DNA from: Clostridia bacterium
GTDB taxonomy: Bacteria > Bacillota > Clostridia > Oscillospirales > Acutalibacteraceae
Assembly: GCA_017452785.1 (NCBI GenBank)
Contig: JAFTLT010000045.1
Location: forward strand, 757 to 64,756
Length of the DNA: 64,000 nucleotides
Direction of reading: 5' to 3'
The position numbers and the translations under genes were made by a program. Position 1 is the first letter of the stretch, and each line of letters starts with the position of its first letter. A model generated the notes under the pieces. It saw nothing but the letters and a program-made list of their open reading frames with translations. It made no database searches and was not told the DNA's origin. Of this stretch, positions 20,869 through 29,505 are shown piece by piece.

Positions 20869-22194
20869 ATGTTACAGATTCCCTCTTATGCCCTTGAGGT
20901 TATAAAAGCTCTGGAAGAGGCAGGCTTTGAGGCCTATGTTGTGGGCGGCTGTGTCAGAGATATGCTCATGGGCAAAGAAATTAACGATATTGATATAACA
21001 ACAAGTGCCCTGCCCGAAGAAACAAAGGCTATCTTTAAAAGAACAATTGACACAGGAATAAAGCACGGAACTGTTACTGTGCTGACTGACAAAGCCCCTG
21101 TTGAGATAACAACATACAGAATAGACAAGGGCTACTCTGACTCAAGGCACCCAGACAGCGTCGCCTTCACAAGAAGCCTGACACAGGATCTTGCAAGAAG
21201 AGATTTCACTGTCAATGCAATGGCGTATAACCCTAAAACAGGTATCATAGACCCCTTCGACGGCGAAAGTGACATCAAAAATATGGTTATACGCTGTGTG
21301 GGTCAGGCAGAAAAACGCTTTAAAGAGGATGCTCTTCGCATATTAAGGGCACTTCGGTTTTCGTCTGTGCTCGGCTTCACCTTAGAAGCCGAAACGGCAA
21401 ATGCTGTCATAAATTGCAGAAATTTGCTTAAAAATATCAGTGCCGAAAGAATTTATTCCGAGCTGTCAAAAATGCTTTGCGGAAAAGATATAAAGCGTGT
21501 GTTGCTCACTTATGCTGAAGTTTTTGAGGAAATAATTCCCGAACTTTGCGGTATGAGAGGCTTCGACCAACGAAATTTTCATCACATATACGATGTGCTC
21601 ACCCACACGGCAGCTGTTACAGCAAGCATAGAGCCTATACCGCACCTTCGCTTTGCGGCACTGTTTCACGATTGCGGCAAACCCGACTGCTTCACTGTCG
21701 GTGAAGACGGTATAGGTCACTTTTATGCACATGCCAGAAGAAGTACAGACAAAGCAGAACAAGCACTGACAAGGCTCAAAAGTGATAACTTTACAAAAAA
21801 CAGAGTTATGCAGCTTGTGAAGCTCCACGACACACCCATTGAACCAAAAGAAAATGTGATAAAAAAGAAACTCGGAAAATATGGTGAAGCGCTGTTTTTT
21901 GACCTTATAAAATTGCAAAGAGCCGATAATATGGGAATGTCCCCTGATTTTCGTTACAGGCAGGAAATCTATACTGAAATCGAAAATATCGCACGGGAAA
22001 TTCTGGAAAGTCAGCAGTGCTTTTCTCTTAAAGACTTAGCTGTCAACGGCAATGATTTAATAGCCTTGGGCCTCAGCGGCACTGAAATAGGTTCAACGCT
22101 TAAAATGCTTCTCGGTGCAGTTATAGACGGAAAAGTGCAAAACATCAAAGATGCACTGATTGAATATTACCACAGCAATGTGAAATCTGTATGA
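20869..22194 (+). CDS. cca: CCA-adding tRNA nucleotidyltransferase
   Basis: Motifs GGCVRDMLMGKEINDIDITT and RRDFTVNAM, plus an HD domain (FHDCGKP). Confidence 0.88.
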   Translation: MLQIPSYALEVIKALEEAGFEAYVVGGCVRDMLMGKEINDIDITTSALPEETKAIFKRTIDTGIKHGTVTVLTDKAPVEITTYRIDKGYSDSRHPDSVAFTRSLTQDLARRDFTVNAMAYNPKTGIIDPFDGESDIKNMVIRCVGQAEKRFKEDALRILRALRFSSVLGFTLEAETANAVINCRNLLKNISAERIYSELSKMLCGKDIKRVLLTYAEVFEEIIPELCGMRGFDQRNFHHIYDVLTHTAAVTASIEPIPHLRFAALFHDCGKPDCFTVGEDGIGHFYAHARRSTDKAEQALTRLKSDNFTKNRVMQLVKLHDTPIEPKENVIKKKLGKYGEALFFDLIKLQRADNMGMSPDFRYRQEIYTEIENIAREILESQQCFSLKDLAVNGNDLIALGLSGTEIGSTLKMLLGAVIDGKVQNIKDALIEYYHSNVKSV

Positions 22195-22195
22195 A

Positions 22196-22546
22196 AATTA
22201 GCAATTGTGGTCGCAAATTCACCGAGAACTGATAAGAAAGTTTATATCCGCAAAGAGAGCCGGCAGAAAATACCGACTCTCTTGATTTTTAATTCTCATC
22301 CGTCACTTCGTGACACCTTTCCCTTTTTGAAAGGGGAAGGCTCAATGCAGGAAGTTGTCGGGTGGCATGCGGCTCCACACAGCCTAACAAAGTTCGCCGT
22401 AAAATCGTTTTGGCGATTTTAGTGGAGCCGCCAAAACTGCAAACAGGCACAGATAAAATAAGAGAGTCGGTAACAAATACCAACTCTCTTTGCGAGAAAA
22501 TCTTATTTATCAGCAAAAGGTTAATCTGCGACCGCAATTGCTAATT
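22196..22546. mobile_element. 351-bp MITE-like or structured element with 24-nt imperfect terminal inverted repeats and ~95-nt related arms. It fills a convergent intergenic region.
   Basis: The left end AATTAGCAATTGTGGTCGCAAATT (22196-22219) pairs with the right end AATCTGCGACCGCAATTGCTAATT (22523-22546) at 22/24 positions. The arms also share CTGATAA, CGCAAAGAGAG and TACCGACTCTCTT in inverted order. Nested internal hairpins are present, and no credible ORF. Confidence 0.55.
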
Positions 22547-22553
22547 ACTAATT

Positions 22554-24032
22554 TTAATTAACAGCCAAGGGCTGAAGATTAAGCTCTTTATCTGCCACCA
22601 TAAACTGCGGGTACTGAGGGAAGGCTGCGAGTGAAGGCTGCTTCTCTGCCATAAGAAGTGAGAAAACAAAGTCACTGTATTGTGTGCCGTAATCGCAGGC
22701 AACATGATTTGCATTTTTAACGAACCATGTGCAGTCCTTATAAAGTGCTGTTGAAGCATCAATATCCTTTTCAGGTGAAACATATCTGCTGTCAGCATTT
22801 TTGAGATAGTCTTCACTGAGTGTTTCACCCTGATTTGCAAAAGTAGCAAAGTTCGATGTCAGCTCAGCCTCAAGAACCATATCACCCTGAAGCACACTTT
22901 CAGGATAAACGGGAACAAGACCCATATTGTAGTTTGTGATAAATGCGAGCTTTACACCGTCTTTTTCTGCCTTGGCAAGAGTTTTTTCGGTACTCTTGAC
23001 AAATCTTTCGCATTCTTCAAGTTTTTCAAGCAGCACAGGGTATTCCTCTTCATAGCCACTGAACATATAGTCAACAGCAGAATCAAAATATTCATCGGGA
23101 CAAAGTGCCCAAAGACCTACTGAGGTTGCAAAAGCACCACGCAAAAATTCATCATAGACCTTTTCGATATTGTTATCTATAAACTTATTGAGAAGGAAAG
23201 CAAGGAGCTTATAAACGCCTATTTTATCAAGTGCCTTCATAAGGAAATCAACCACAGCACCGTTGCCGCTTGCAAGTGAGGAAAAAATATTATTCATAGC
23301 CTCAGGCATAATTTCAATGTTACCGCTTAAGGCTGAGCCTGCAACATAGGTGCCGTTATGAGCAGCACAAAGATATGTGCAGCTATCCACACTGTCGTTG
23401 CCGTAATAGTAAAGATAAGCAGTTGCTACCATACCGCCCATGCTTGCGCAGACTATTTTTACTTTGTCTTTTCCTGCATCCTTCTTTGCTGTTTCAACGA
23501 GCTCACTGAGCTGAGCTGCAAGCTCTTCTGGTGAAAGTCTCCAATCATAGTTAAAGAAATATGCATGCTCGTCACCTGCAATTTCAGCAGCCGTGTGTGC
23601 CATACCGTTTTCTGTTGCATAATCAAATTTATCTGCAAGATTATAGTTTGCAAGAGACTTTGTGAAATATTCTGCAGTGATGTCTTCATTAAGGCTTGTG
23701 CCGTCCTTATCACTTGCAAGATTGCCCATAAGTCCCCACACAAAATCAATAACACTATCAATGAAGAAGTCTTCGTTTTTGTCTATAACTGCACCTTTAA
23801 GCATATTGCTAAGCAGTGAGAAGATATCCTCAGCCTTAAACTGCATAGCCAGGGAGCCGTCTTTTTCATTTATGAGACCGCCAAAATTAATGCCTCTGAC
23901 AACTATAATGGGATAGCCGTCATAGTCCGGCTTATAATAATTGTCACTGTTGACTCTCTCAGCTGCAAAAGCAGGCACAGCAAGAGTGAAGACCATAACA
24001 AGTGTAAGCAATAAACTGATAATCTTTTTCAC
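22554..24032 (-). CDS. Secreted alpha/beta-hydrolase, lipase/esterase-like
   Basis: Signal peptide MKKIISLLLTLVMVFTLAVPAFA and a nucleophile elbow KIVCASMGGMV (A-x-S-x-G lipase-type). Confidence 0.65.
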   Translation of the reverse strand: MKKIISLLLTLVMVFTLAVPAFAAERVNSDNYYKPDYDGYPIIVVRGINFGGLINEKDGSLAMQFKAEDIFSLLSNMLKGAVIDKNEDFFIDSVIDFVWGLMGNLASDKDGTSLNEDITAEYFTKSLANYNLADKFDYATENGMAHTAAEIAGDEHAYFFNYDWRLSPEELAAQLSELVETAKKDAGKDKVKIVCASMGGMVATAYLYYYGNDSVDSCTYLCAAHNGTYVAGSALSGNIEIMPEAMNNIFSSLASGNGAVVDFLMKALDKIGVYKLLAFLLNKFIDNNIEKVYDEFLRGAFATSVGLWALCPDEYFDSAVDYMFSGYEEEYPVLLEKLEECERFVKSTEKTLAKAEKDGVKLAFITNYNMGLVPVYPESVLQGDMVLEAELTSNFATFANQGETLSEDYLKNADSRYVSPEKDIDASTALYKDCTWFVKNANHVACDYGTQYSDFVFSLLMAEKQPSLAAFPQYPQFMVADKELNLQPLAVN

Positions 24033-24048
24033 GGTTGTACTCCCCTTT

Positions 24049-24963
24049 TTAATAGTTATAAATTATATTGTCTTTATATTTTTCTGCCATTTCAAGCAGT
24101 TCTTTTTCAGTGAAGTATGCTGTAGTGCAGCCCACAGCCGTAACACATTTGCCACCTGTGATATTGCCGTAAAGCACACATTTTTCTATCGGCTCATCCT
24201 TCATTATGCCGTACATGAAGCCTGCAAAGAAGGCATCGCCTGCACCTGTTGAGTCAACTCTTATAAACTCATCGATGCTTCTGACATAGGTGTAGCTTTT
24301 GCCATCATATATGAGACAACCGTCAGCATCTAATTTGACTATGGCAGTTTCAAGATAGTTTTTCAGTACTGCTGCCGCTTTTTTCGGGTCTGTCTCCCCC
24401 GTGAGCCTGACTGCTTCATTTCTGTTTGGCAGATAATAGTCAGCAATTTCAAGATGTGACTTAAAGCCATCAAGGCTCATTCCTTCAATAAATCCGGTGT
24501 CAAGAATGATAACCGTACCCTCAGCTTTAAGCTTGCGATAAACCTCAGGGAAGCCCTCATGCATAGCAGCCGCTTTTGCACCCTTGAGTGCCTCATAGAC
24601 CTTGTTTTCGTCAACCTCGTTTTCACTGTTGCCGTATGACCAGAAGGTTCTGTCATTTTTTGTTATTGCCGCTGCAGTGATGTTGACAGCTACCTTATTT
24701 CCCTCATAAACATTTATAGGCTCACAGCCTGCTTTTCTGAATTCCTTAAGAGCAAAATCTGAAAACATATCATCTGAAAGCTCCGTGACATTCTTAACCT
24801 CCACACCAAGACGTGAAAGAGTCACCATGGACCCGGGCACACCACCGCCGAGGCACAGTGAAAATTTATCGGTAAAAATCTCCTCACCTTCCTGAGGAAG
24901 ACGAGGCATATCGGCAAAAAGCATATCTACGTTGGTTTTTCCGTAACCTGCTGCAAAGCTCAT
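24049..24963 (-). CDS. PfkB-family carbohydrate kinase
   Basis: PfkB signature DSTGAGDAFFAGFMYG. I prefer the ATG at 24963 (MSFAAGYGK), preceded by GAAGGAG. Confidence 0.8.
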   Translation of the reverse strand: MSFAAGYGKTNVDMLFADMPRLPQEGEEIFTDKFSLCLGGGVPGSMVTLSRLGVEVKNVTELSDDMFSDFALKEFRKAGCEPINVYEGNKVAVNITAAAITKNDRTFWSYGNSENEVDENKVYEALKGAKAAAMHEGFPEVYRKLKAEGTVIILDTGFIEGMSLDGFKSHLEIADYYLPNRNEAVRLTGETDPKKAAAVLKNYLETAIVKLDADGCLIYDGKSYTYVRSIDEFIRVDSTGAGDAFFAGFMYGIMKDEPIEKCVLYGNITGGKCVTAVGCTTAYFTEKELLEMAEKYKDNIIYNY

Positions 24964-25048
24964 TGTTATTTCTCCTTCTAACAAATTTATCCATATAATT
25001 CTATACCAGCAGCCAAAGATTGTCAAGTTAATAATTCATTGAAAGTCG

Positions 25049-25166
25049 CTTCAGGGAACGGCTTTGCAGCGGCTCCATTCAAAGCTCCGTTTTTGCGGAG
25101 CTTTGTGAGGCATTGCCGTGCCGAATTTATTCGGCTATGGAGCCGCCGCAGAGCTGTTTCCTGAAG
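25049..25166 (+). ncRNA. Candidate structured RNA or repeat: a 118-nt three-way junction upstream of spoIIGA
   Basis: A 30-nt closing stem (25049-25078 with 25137-25166) in which 3 of 4 mismatches are G-U compatible only on the + strand. Inner hairpins are 25080-25105 (10 bp) and 25120-25135 (6 bp). Confidence 0.45.
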
Positions 25167-25234
25167 GGATTTTGTTATTCTCCACTGTTTTCCGACATAA
25201 AACCTGCCCTATCCCGATTATAATATTAAAGGTG

Positions 25235-26143
25235 ATGCATTTGACTCAGGTTATATATGCCGATGTGCTGTTTTTACTTAACACTTACATAACTTACGCT
25301 CTTATACTTCTCACAGCCCTTATTTCAGGCCGTTCTTCCTCAAGGCTCAGAATGGCACTGGCTTCTTTAGCAGGCGGCTTATACAGTCTCATAATCCTCA
25401 TACCGTGCATAAGTGACTCTATTTTAACATTTTCAAGGCTGCCTGCCGCTTTTATTTTTATCGCCATAGGTTTCGGCAGAGTACCGCCAAAAACCTTTGC
25501 CAGACTTTTTTGCAGCTTTTTTCTTGTCAACTTTATTTTTGCCGGGCTTATGACAGCCTTATGGTACCTTGCAGCCCCTACAAACATATATATGGGCGGT
25601 TTTGTGGTTTACTTTGACATTAAACCGCTGACTCTCATTATGCTCACAGCAATCTGCTACTTCATTATAAAAGGCATCAACCTTGCAGTTAAAATAAGAC
25701 AGCCAAAAAACACAATTTTTGATATGGAATTGCATATAAATGATAAAGTGACAGCTCTTAAAGCCTTTTATGACACAGGTAACAGTCTGACTGACCCATT
25801 CACAGGCAAAGCCGTTATAATAGTCAGCCGCTATGTTTTAAAGAATATTTTTCCTGAGGATAAGGAGCTTTTCGCCTCAGCACAAAAAGAAAATATCACA
25901 CTTCGCTTTTTGCCCTGCTCAGGGGTTACGGGCTCAAGGCTTCTGCCGTGCTTCAAGGCAGACAAGGTGTGCCTGAAAAGTATATCTCACCGTGTAACCA
26001 TAGACGAACCTGTCATTGCACTGACACAGGAAGCTATTAACGGCGGCAGCTTCGGTGCAATACTTCCGAAAGACATATTTATAAACGAAAAGGGAGAAAT
26101 TTATTATGAAGATAAACAGCTTGTTTTTACTGATAAGAAATAA
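25235..26143 (+). CDS. spoIIGA: Sigma-E processing aspartic peptidase SpoIIGA
   Basis: Five N-terminal TM segments, the catalytic [11 protein letters not shown] motif, and a 3' end overlapping sigE. The start is ATG 25235 or TTG 25241; the track's upstream extension covers the structured element. Confidence 0.85.
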   Translation: MHLTQVIYADVLFLLNTYITYALILLTALISGRSSSRLRMALASLAGGLYSLIILIPCISDSILTFSRLPAAFIFIAIGFGRVPPKTFARLFCSFFLVNFIFAGLMTALWYLAAPTNIYMGGFVVYFDIKPLTLIMLTAICYFIIKGINLAVKIRQPKNTIFDMELHINDKVTALKAFYDTGNSLTDPFTGKAVIIVSRYVLKNIFPEDKELFASAQKENITLRFLPCSGVTGSRLLPCFKADKVCLKSISHRVTIDEPVIALTQEAINGGSFGAILPKDIFINEKGEIYYEDKQLVFTDKK

Positions 26144-26813
26144 GATAATAAGCTTCTTTACGGACAGTGAGGTTTATTATGTCAACGGTGCACAAAACCT
26201 TCCTGCGCCACTGACAAAGGATGAGGAGGATAAAATTCTTTGCGAAATAGATGAGGAAAACTTTGAGCACAGGGAACTGCTTGTTATACATAATCTTCGT
26301 CTTGTTGTTTATATAGCAAGAAAATTTGAAAACACAGGTGTCGGTATAGAAGACCTTGTTTCTATCGGCACTATAGGTCTTATAAAAGCAGTCAACACCT
26401 TTCGTCCGTCAAAAAAAATTAAGCTGGCAACCTATGCTTCCCGCTGCATTGAAAATGAAATTCTTATGTATCTGAGAAAAACGGCAAAAAGCAAAAACGA
26501 GCTTTCCTTTGACGAGCCTCTCAATGTTGACTGGGACGGAAACGAACTTCTTTTAAGCGATGTTCTCGGTTCTGACAGTGACAGCGTTAACCGTAATATC
26601 GAATATCAGGATGAAAAAAAACAGCTGCTTCGCTGTGTAAAAAATCTTTCTGACAGAGAAAGACAGATTATGACCATGCGCTTCGGTCTTTTCGGGTCTA
26701 AAGAGTACACTCAGAAGCAAGTTGCCGATATTCTCGGCATTTCTCAGAGCTACATATCACGCCTTGAAAAACGCATTGTTGAAAAGCTGAAAAGAGAAAT
26801 TGAAAAAGCCTGA
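26106..26813 (+). CDS. sigE: Sporulation sigma factor SigE (pro-sigma-E)
   Basis: The pro-sequence plus [20 protein letters not shown] matches the B. subtilis pro-SigE junction. Sigma-70 regions 2 and 4 are present ([15 protein letters not shown]). Confidence 0.92.
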   Translation: MKINSLFLLIRNKIISFFTDSEVYYVNGAQNLPAPLTKDEEDKILCEIDEENFEHRELLVIHNLRLVVYIARKFENTGVGIEDLVSIGTIGLIKAVNTFRPSKKIKLATYASRCIENEILMYLRKTAKSKNELSFDEPLNVDWDGNELLLSDVLGSDSDSVNRNIEYQDEKKQLLRCVKNLSDRERQIMTMRFGLFGSKEYTQKQVADILGISQSYISRLEKRIVEKLKREIEKA

Positions 26814-26820
26814 CAAGCAC

Positions 26821-26851
26821 TAAGGGTTCTGCAAAAAACTGCAGAACCCTT
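26821..26851. terminator. Bidirectional intrinsic terminator between sigE and the convergent gene
   Basis: Perfect 12-bp stem TAAGGGTTCTGC-aaaaaac-GCAGAACCCTTA, with an A/T run on the right side and little on the left. Confidence 0.75.
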
Positions 26852-26861
26852 AAAAATTATT

Positions 26862-28013
26862 TTACAGTATAAACAGGAATACAAGTGAACCGAGTCCCAT
26901 TGAGAAAAGTGTGCCGATAATGAAACCGAGAAGGTTAATTGCAAAAACTGAACCTGCAGCAATTTTTATGCCCATTGTCGATTCAGCCTCAGAGATATTC
27001 TGCCACTGCAGATAAACGTCTCTGCCCTGATGATAATACTGATCAAGACCGACTGTATCTTTGCTGCTTGCCTGAGTGAAATTACAATCCTTAAGTCCGT
27101 TTGCAAAAAGTGTTGCCATTTCTTTATCGTTGAAGGTAATTCTTGCAACAATTCTTAACTCATCGGCAGGCTCAACCTGTCTTAAATGACCGGGCTTAAA
27201 GCCTGTGCACCACCAATAGTAGTCATATTCACGAGTAAACTCTCTTGTCCATTCACCGTTGATCTGCTGATGATAAAGAGTCAACTCCATCTTCGGCCAA
27301 TATTTCTGATCAGCTGTTTTAAAGAATGTGAAGTAGCCTGTTTCTCTGTCGTCAGCCTTCTTATGATATATGCCTATTTCGCCGCCGTAGAAAATATATC
27401 CGTACTGACCCTTCCAAAGCTGCACCATAAATTCCTGATTATCGTATTCAAAGAAAACTCTTGCATAGTCATATTCAAGGGCAATATAAGGTGAAGCTAT
27501 ATCATAAATTCTTGCAAAACCCAGTGCATCCTGCCAGCAGTCTTTATCGTTGGTGTAATAATAGTCATCTTGATAGCTATACTGATAACTGAGCACCTGA
27601 TTTTTCATAAGGAAGTTTTTGATAACATTATCGCTTGTAACAACGTTGACAGCATACACCGCCTCAAGCTGTTTGCCGGCAACGGTAGCTTTGGCTGTAA
27701 TAAAAGATCTTCCTACACTTACACCTTTGACCTTGCCGTCACTGCTGACTGTTGCAACGTCCTCATTTGATGATGACCATGTGATTGAGGGCTGCACCTC
27801 TACGCCTGTTACCTCTGCCTCAAGCTGCAGCTTTCCACGCACCTTAACATTAAAGTCCTCTGCGGATATAACTATTTTGTACTTCTGTGCATTGATGAAA
27901 TCTTCAGGTATGCCTGTTGTGATGCCTGCTGCGGAAGCTGAAACCGTTAAACTCAGCACTGCAAGCATTAAAACAATAAAAAATAAACCCAACTTTTTAA
28001 GAGTATTTTTCAT
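26862..28013 (-). CDS. Secreted, C-terminally membrane-anchored protein: Big_2 Ig-like domain plus an aromatic-rich domain (possibly DUF4474)
   Basis: Signal peptide, a Big_2 block (ITWSSSNEDVATVSSDGKVKGVSVG), then MVQLWKGQYG...GGEIGIYH...YWWCTGF, and a hydrophobic C-terminus. Confidence 0.6.
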   Translation of the reverse strand: MKNTLKKLGLFFIVLMLAVLSLTVSASAAGITTGIPEDFINAQKYKIVISAEDFNVKVRGKLQLEAEVTGVEVQPSITWSSSNEDVATVSSDGKVKGVSVGRSFITAKATVAGKQLEAVYAVNVVTSDNVIKNFLMKNQVLSYQYSYQDDYYYTNDKDCWQDALGFARIYDIASPYIALEYDYARVFFEYDNQEFMVQLWKGQYGYIFYGGEIGIYHKKADDRETGYFTFFKTADQKYWPKMELTLYHQQINGEWTREFTREYDYYWWCTGFKPGHLRQVEPADELRIVARITFNDKEMATLFANGLKDCNFTQASSKDTVGLDQYYHQGRDVYLQWQNISEAESTMGIKIAAGSVFAINLLGFIIGTLFSMGLGSLVFLFIL

Positions 28014-28138
28014 AAAATTCCTCTCCTGTTAATTTTTTCTAACTTTGCTATAATATCACATTATTAATTTTTTTGCAATAGCGAAACTATAGAAATTACC
28101 CTGTACAGCTAATACTGCACAGGGTAACGAACTGTTTT

Positions 28139-29272
28139 TTAAAAAATTATGAAGAGAGCAAGACGAACAAGACCAATCTTGAGCAGGAAATTAACAAGGC
28201 TGAGAAGGAATGTTGCACCGATACCTGCTTTGATTCCCATTGTGTTTTCTGCCTCTGAAATGCCCTGCCATGAAACAGAAACATCATTGCCGCCACCGTA
28301 GTAATATGAGTCAATGCCCATATACTGCTTTTCAGCTGCCTTTGTGAAGCCGCAATCACGGATACCGTTTGCAAAGAGAGTAGCCATTTCAGCATCTCTA
28401 AAGGTAATTGTTGCTTCAATTCTCAGTTCATCAGCAGGCTCATACTGTCTGAGTGTGCCCATAACAAAACCTGTGCACCACCAATATTTATCAACGGGAC
28501 GCTTGAAAAGAAGCTCATATTCATCAGGAGTGTCGCCCTCTTCTTCCTGATGATAAACTGACATATCCATTACGGGCCAGTATTTTTCACTTGCAGCTGC
28601 ATAGAAGGTGAAGGGGCTTGACTTCTGACCGTCTTCATCTCTGTTATAAATACCGATTTCACCGCCGTAAAGCACGCCGTACTGACCTTTCCAGAGCTGA
28701 ACCATAAAGTCTTCTTCATCATATGTAAAGAACACACGGATATAGTCATACTCCATGCCTACATAAGGAGCAACATAGTCATAAACTCTTGCAAAGCCGA
28801 AGTTTTTCTGCCATGATTCCTTGTCGTTTGCATAGTAGTAACCGTAGTCATAGTCGTACTGATAAGAAAGAACATTGTTGGTTTCAAGATAAGAATGGAT
28901 AATGTTTTCGTTCTTGACAACCTGAATAGGATAGCTCGCTGTGAGATTTTCTCCTGCAACCACTGCAGAAGCAGTAATTGTTGCATAGCCTTCCTTTTTG
29001 CCCTTGACTGCACCTGATGCACTGACTGTTGCAATGCTTTCATCAGAGGATTTCCATGTAATAGCAGGCTGAACCTCCACACCTGAAACAGTTGCCTCAA
29101 ACTGAGCAGTTTTGTTAACACCGACAAACATATAGTCTGCACTTATTGTCAGTTCATAGCCCTCAGCAAAGGTTGCAATGCCGTCATCTGCTGCACTTAC
29201 ACCCATAACACAAAGGCACATAAGCACTGCAGTAAACAAAATGAAAGCTGATTTCTTAAGTAAGTTTTTCAT
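28139..29272 (-). CDS. Paralog of 26862-28013 (Big_2 plus aromatic-rich domain, C-terminal anchor)
   Basis: Same architecture and conserved blocks (ITWKSSDESIATVSASGAVKG, MVQLWKGQYG, YWWCTGF). Confidence 0.6.
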   Translation of the reverse strand: MKNLLKKSAFILFTAVLMCLCVMGVSAADDGIATFAEGYELTISADYMFVGVNKTAQFEATVSGVEVQPAITWKSSDESIATVSASGAVKGKKEGYATITASAVVAGENLTASYPIQVVKNENIIHSYLETNNVLSYQYDYDYGYYYANDKESWQKNFGFARVYDYVAPYVGMEYDYIRVFFTYDEEDFMVQLWKGQYGVLYGGEIGIYNRDEDGQKSSPFTFYAAASEKYWPVMDMSVYHQEEEGDTPDEYELLFKRPVDKYWWCTGFVMGTLRQYEPADELRIEATITFRDAEMATLFANGIRDCGFTKAAEKQYMGIDSYYYGGGNDVSVSWQGISEAENTMGIKAGIGATFLLSLVNFLLKIGLVRLALFIIF

Positions 29273-29505
29273 AAGTAACCTCCAACTTGTTAATTTTCAC
29301 TAAGCAAGATAATACTATCATAAACGCAAAATTAATTCAATAGTTTTTTACTAATTTATAAACATTTTTAACTTTTATGTTGCAATAATAACATTTTTCT
29401 TGTCCTACCTGTAAAAATTGTTTTTTAATCATAATGATTTATTGACAAATTCAGCATAAAGATATAAAATAGAATGGCTATATTATTGTATGAAAGGGTG
29501 TTTTA

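Noticed and set aside
22207-22544. Three overlapping 60-82-aa ORFs on both strands inside the 22.2-kb element, including a possible 25-aa ORF starting at ATG 22346
   Set aside because: The region is dominated by nested inverted repeats, and mirror-image ORFs on both strands are expected from that symmetry. Peptides of the HPSLRDTFPFLKGEG type look like translated repeat DNA rather than genes.
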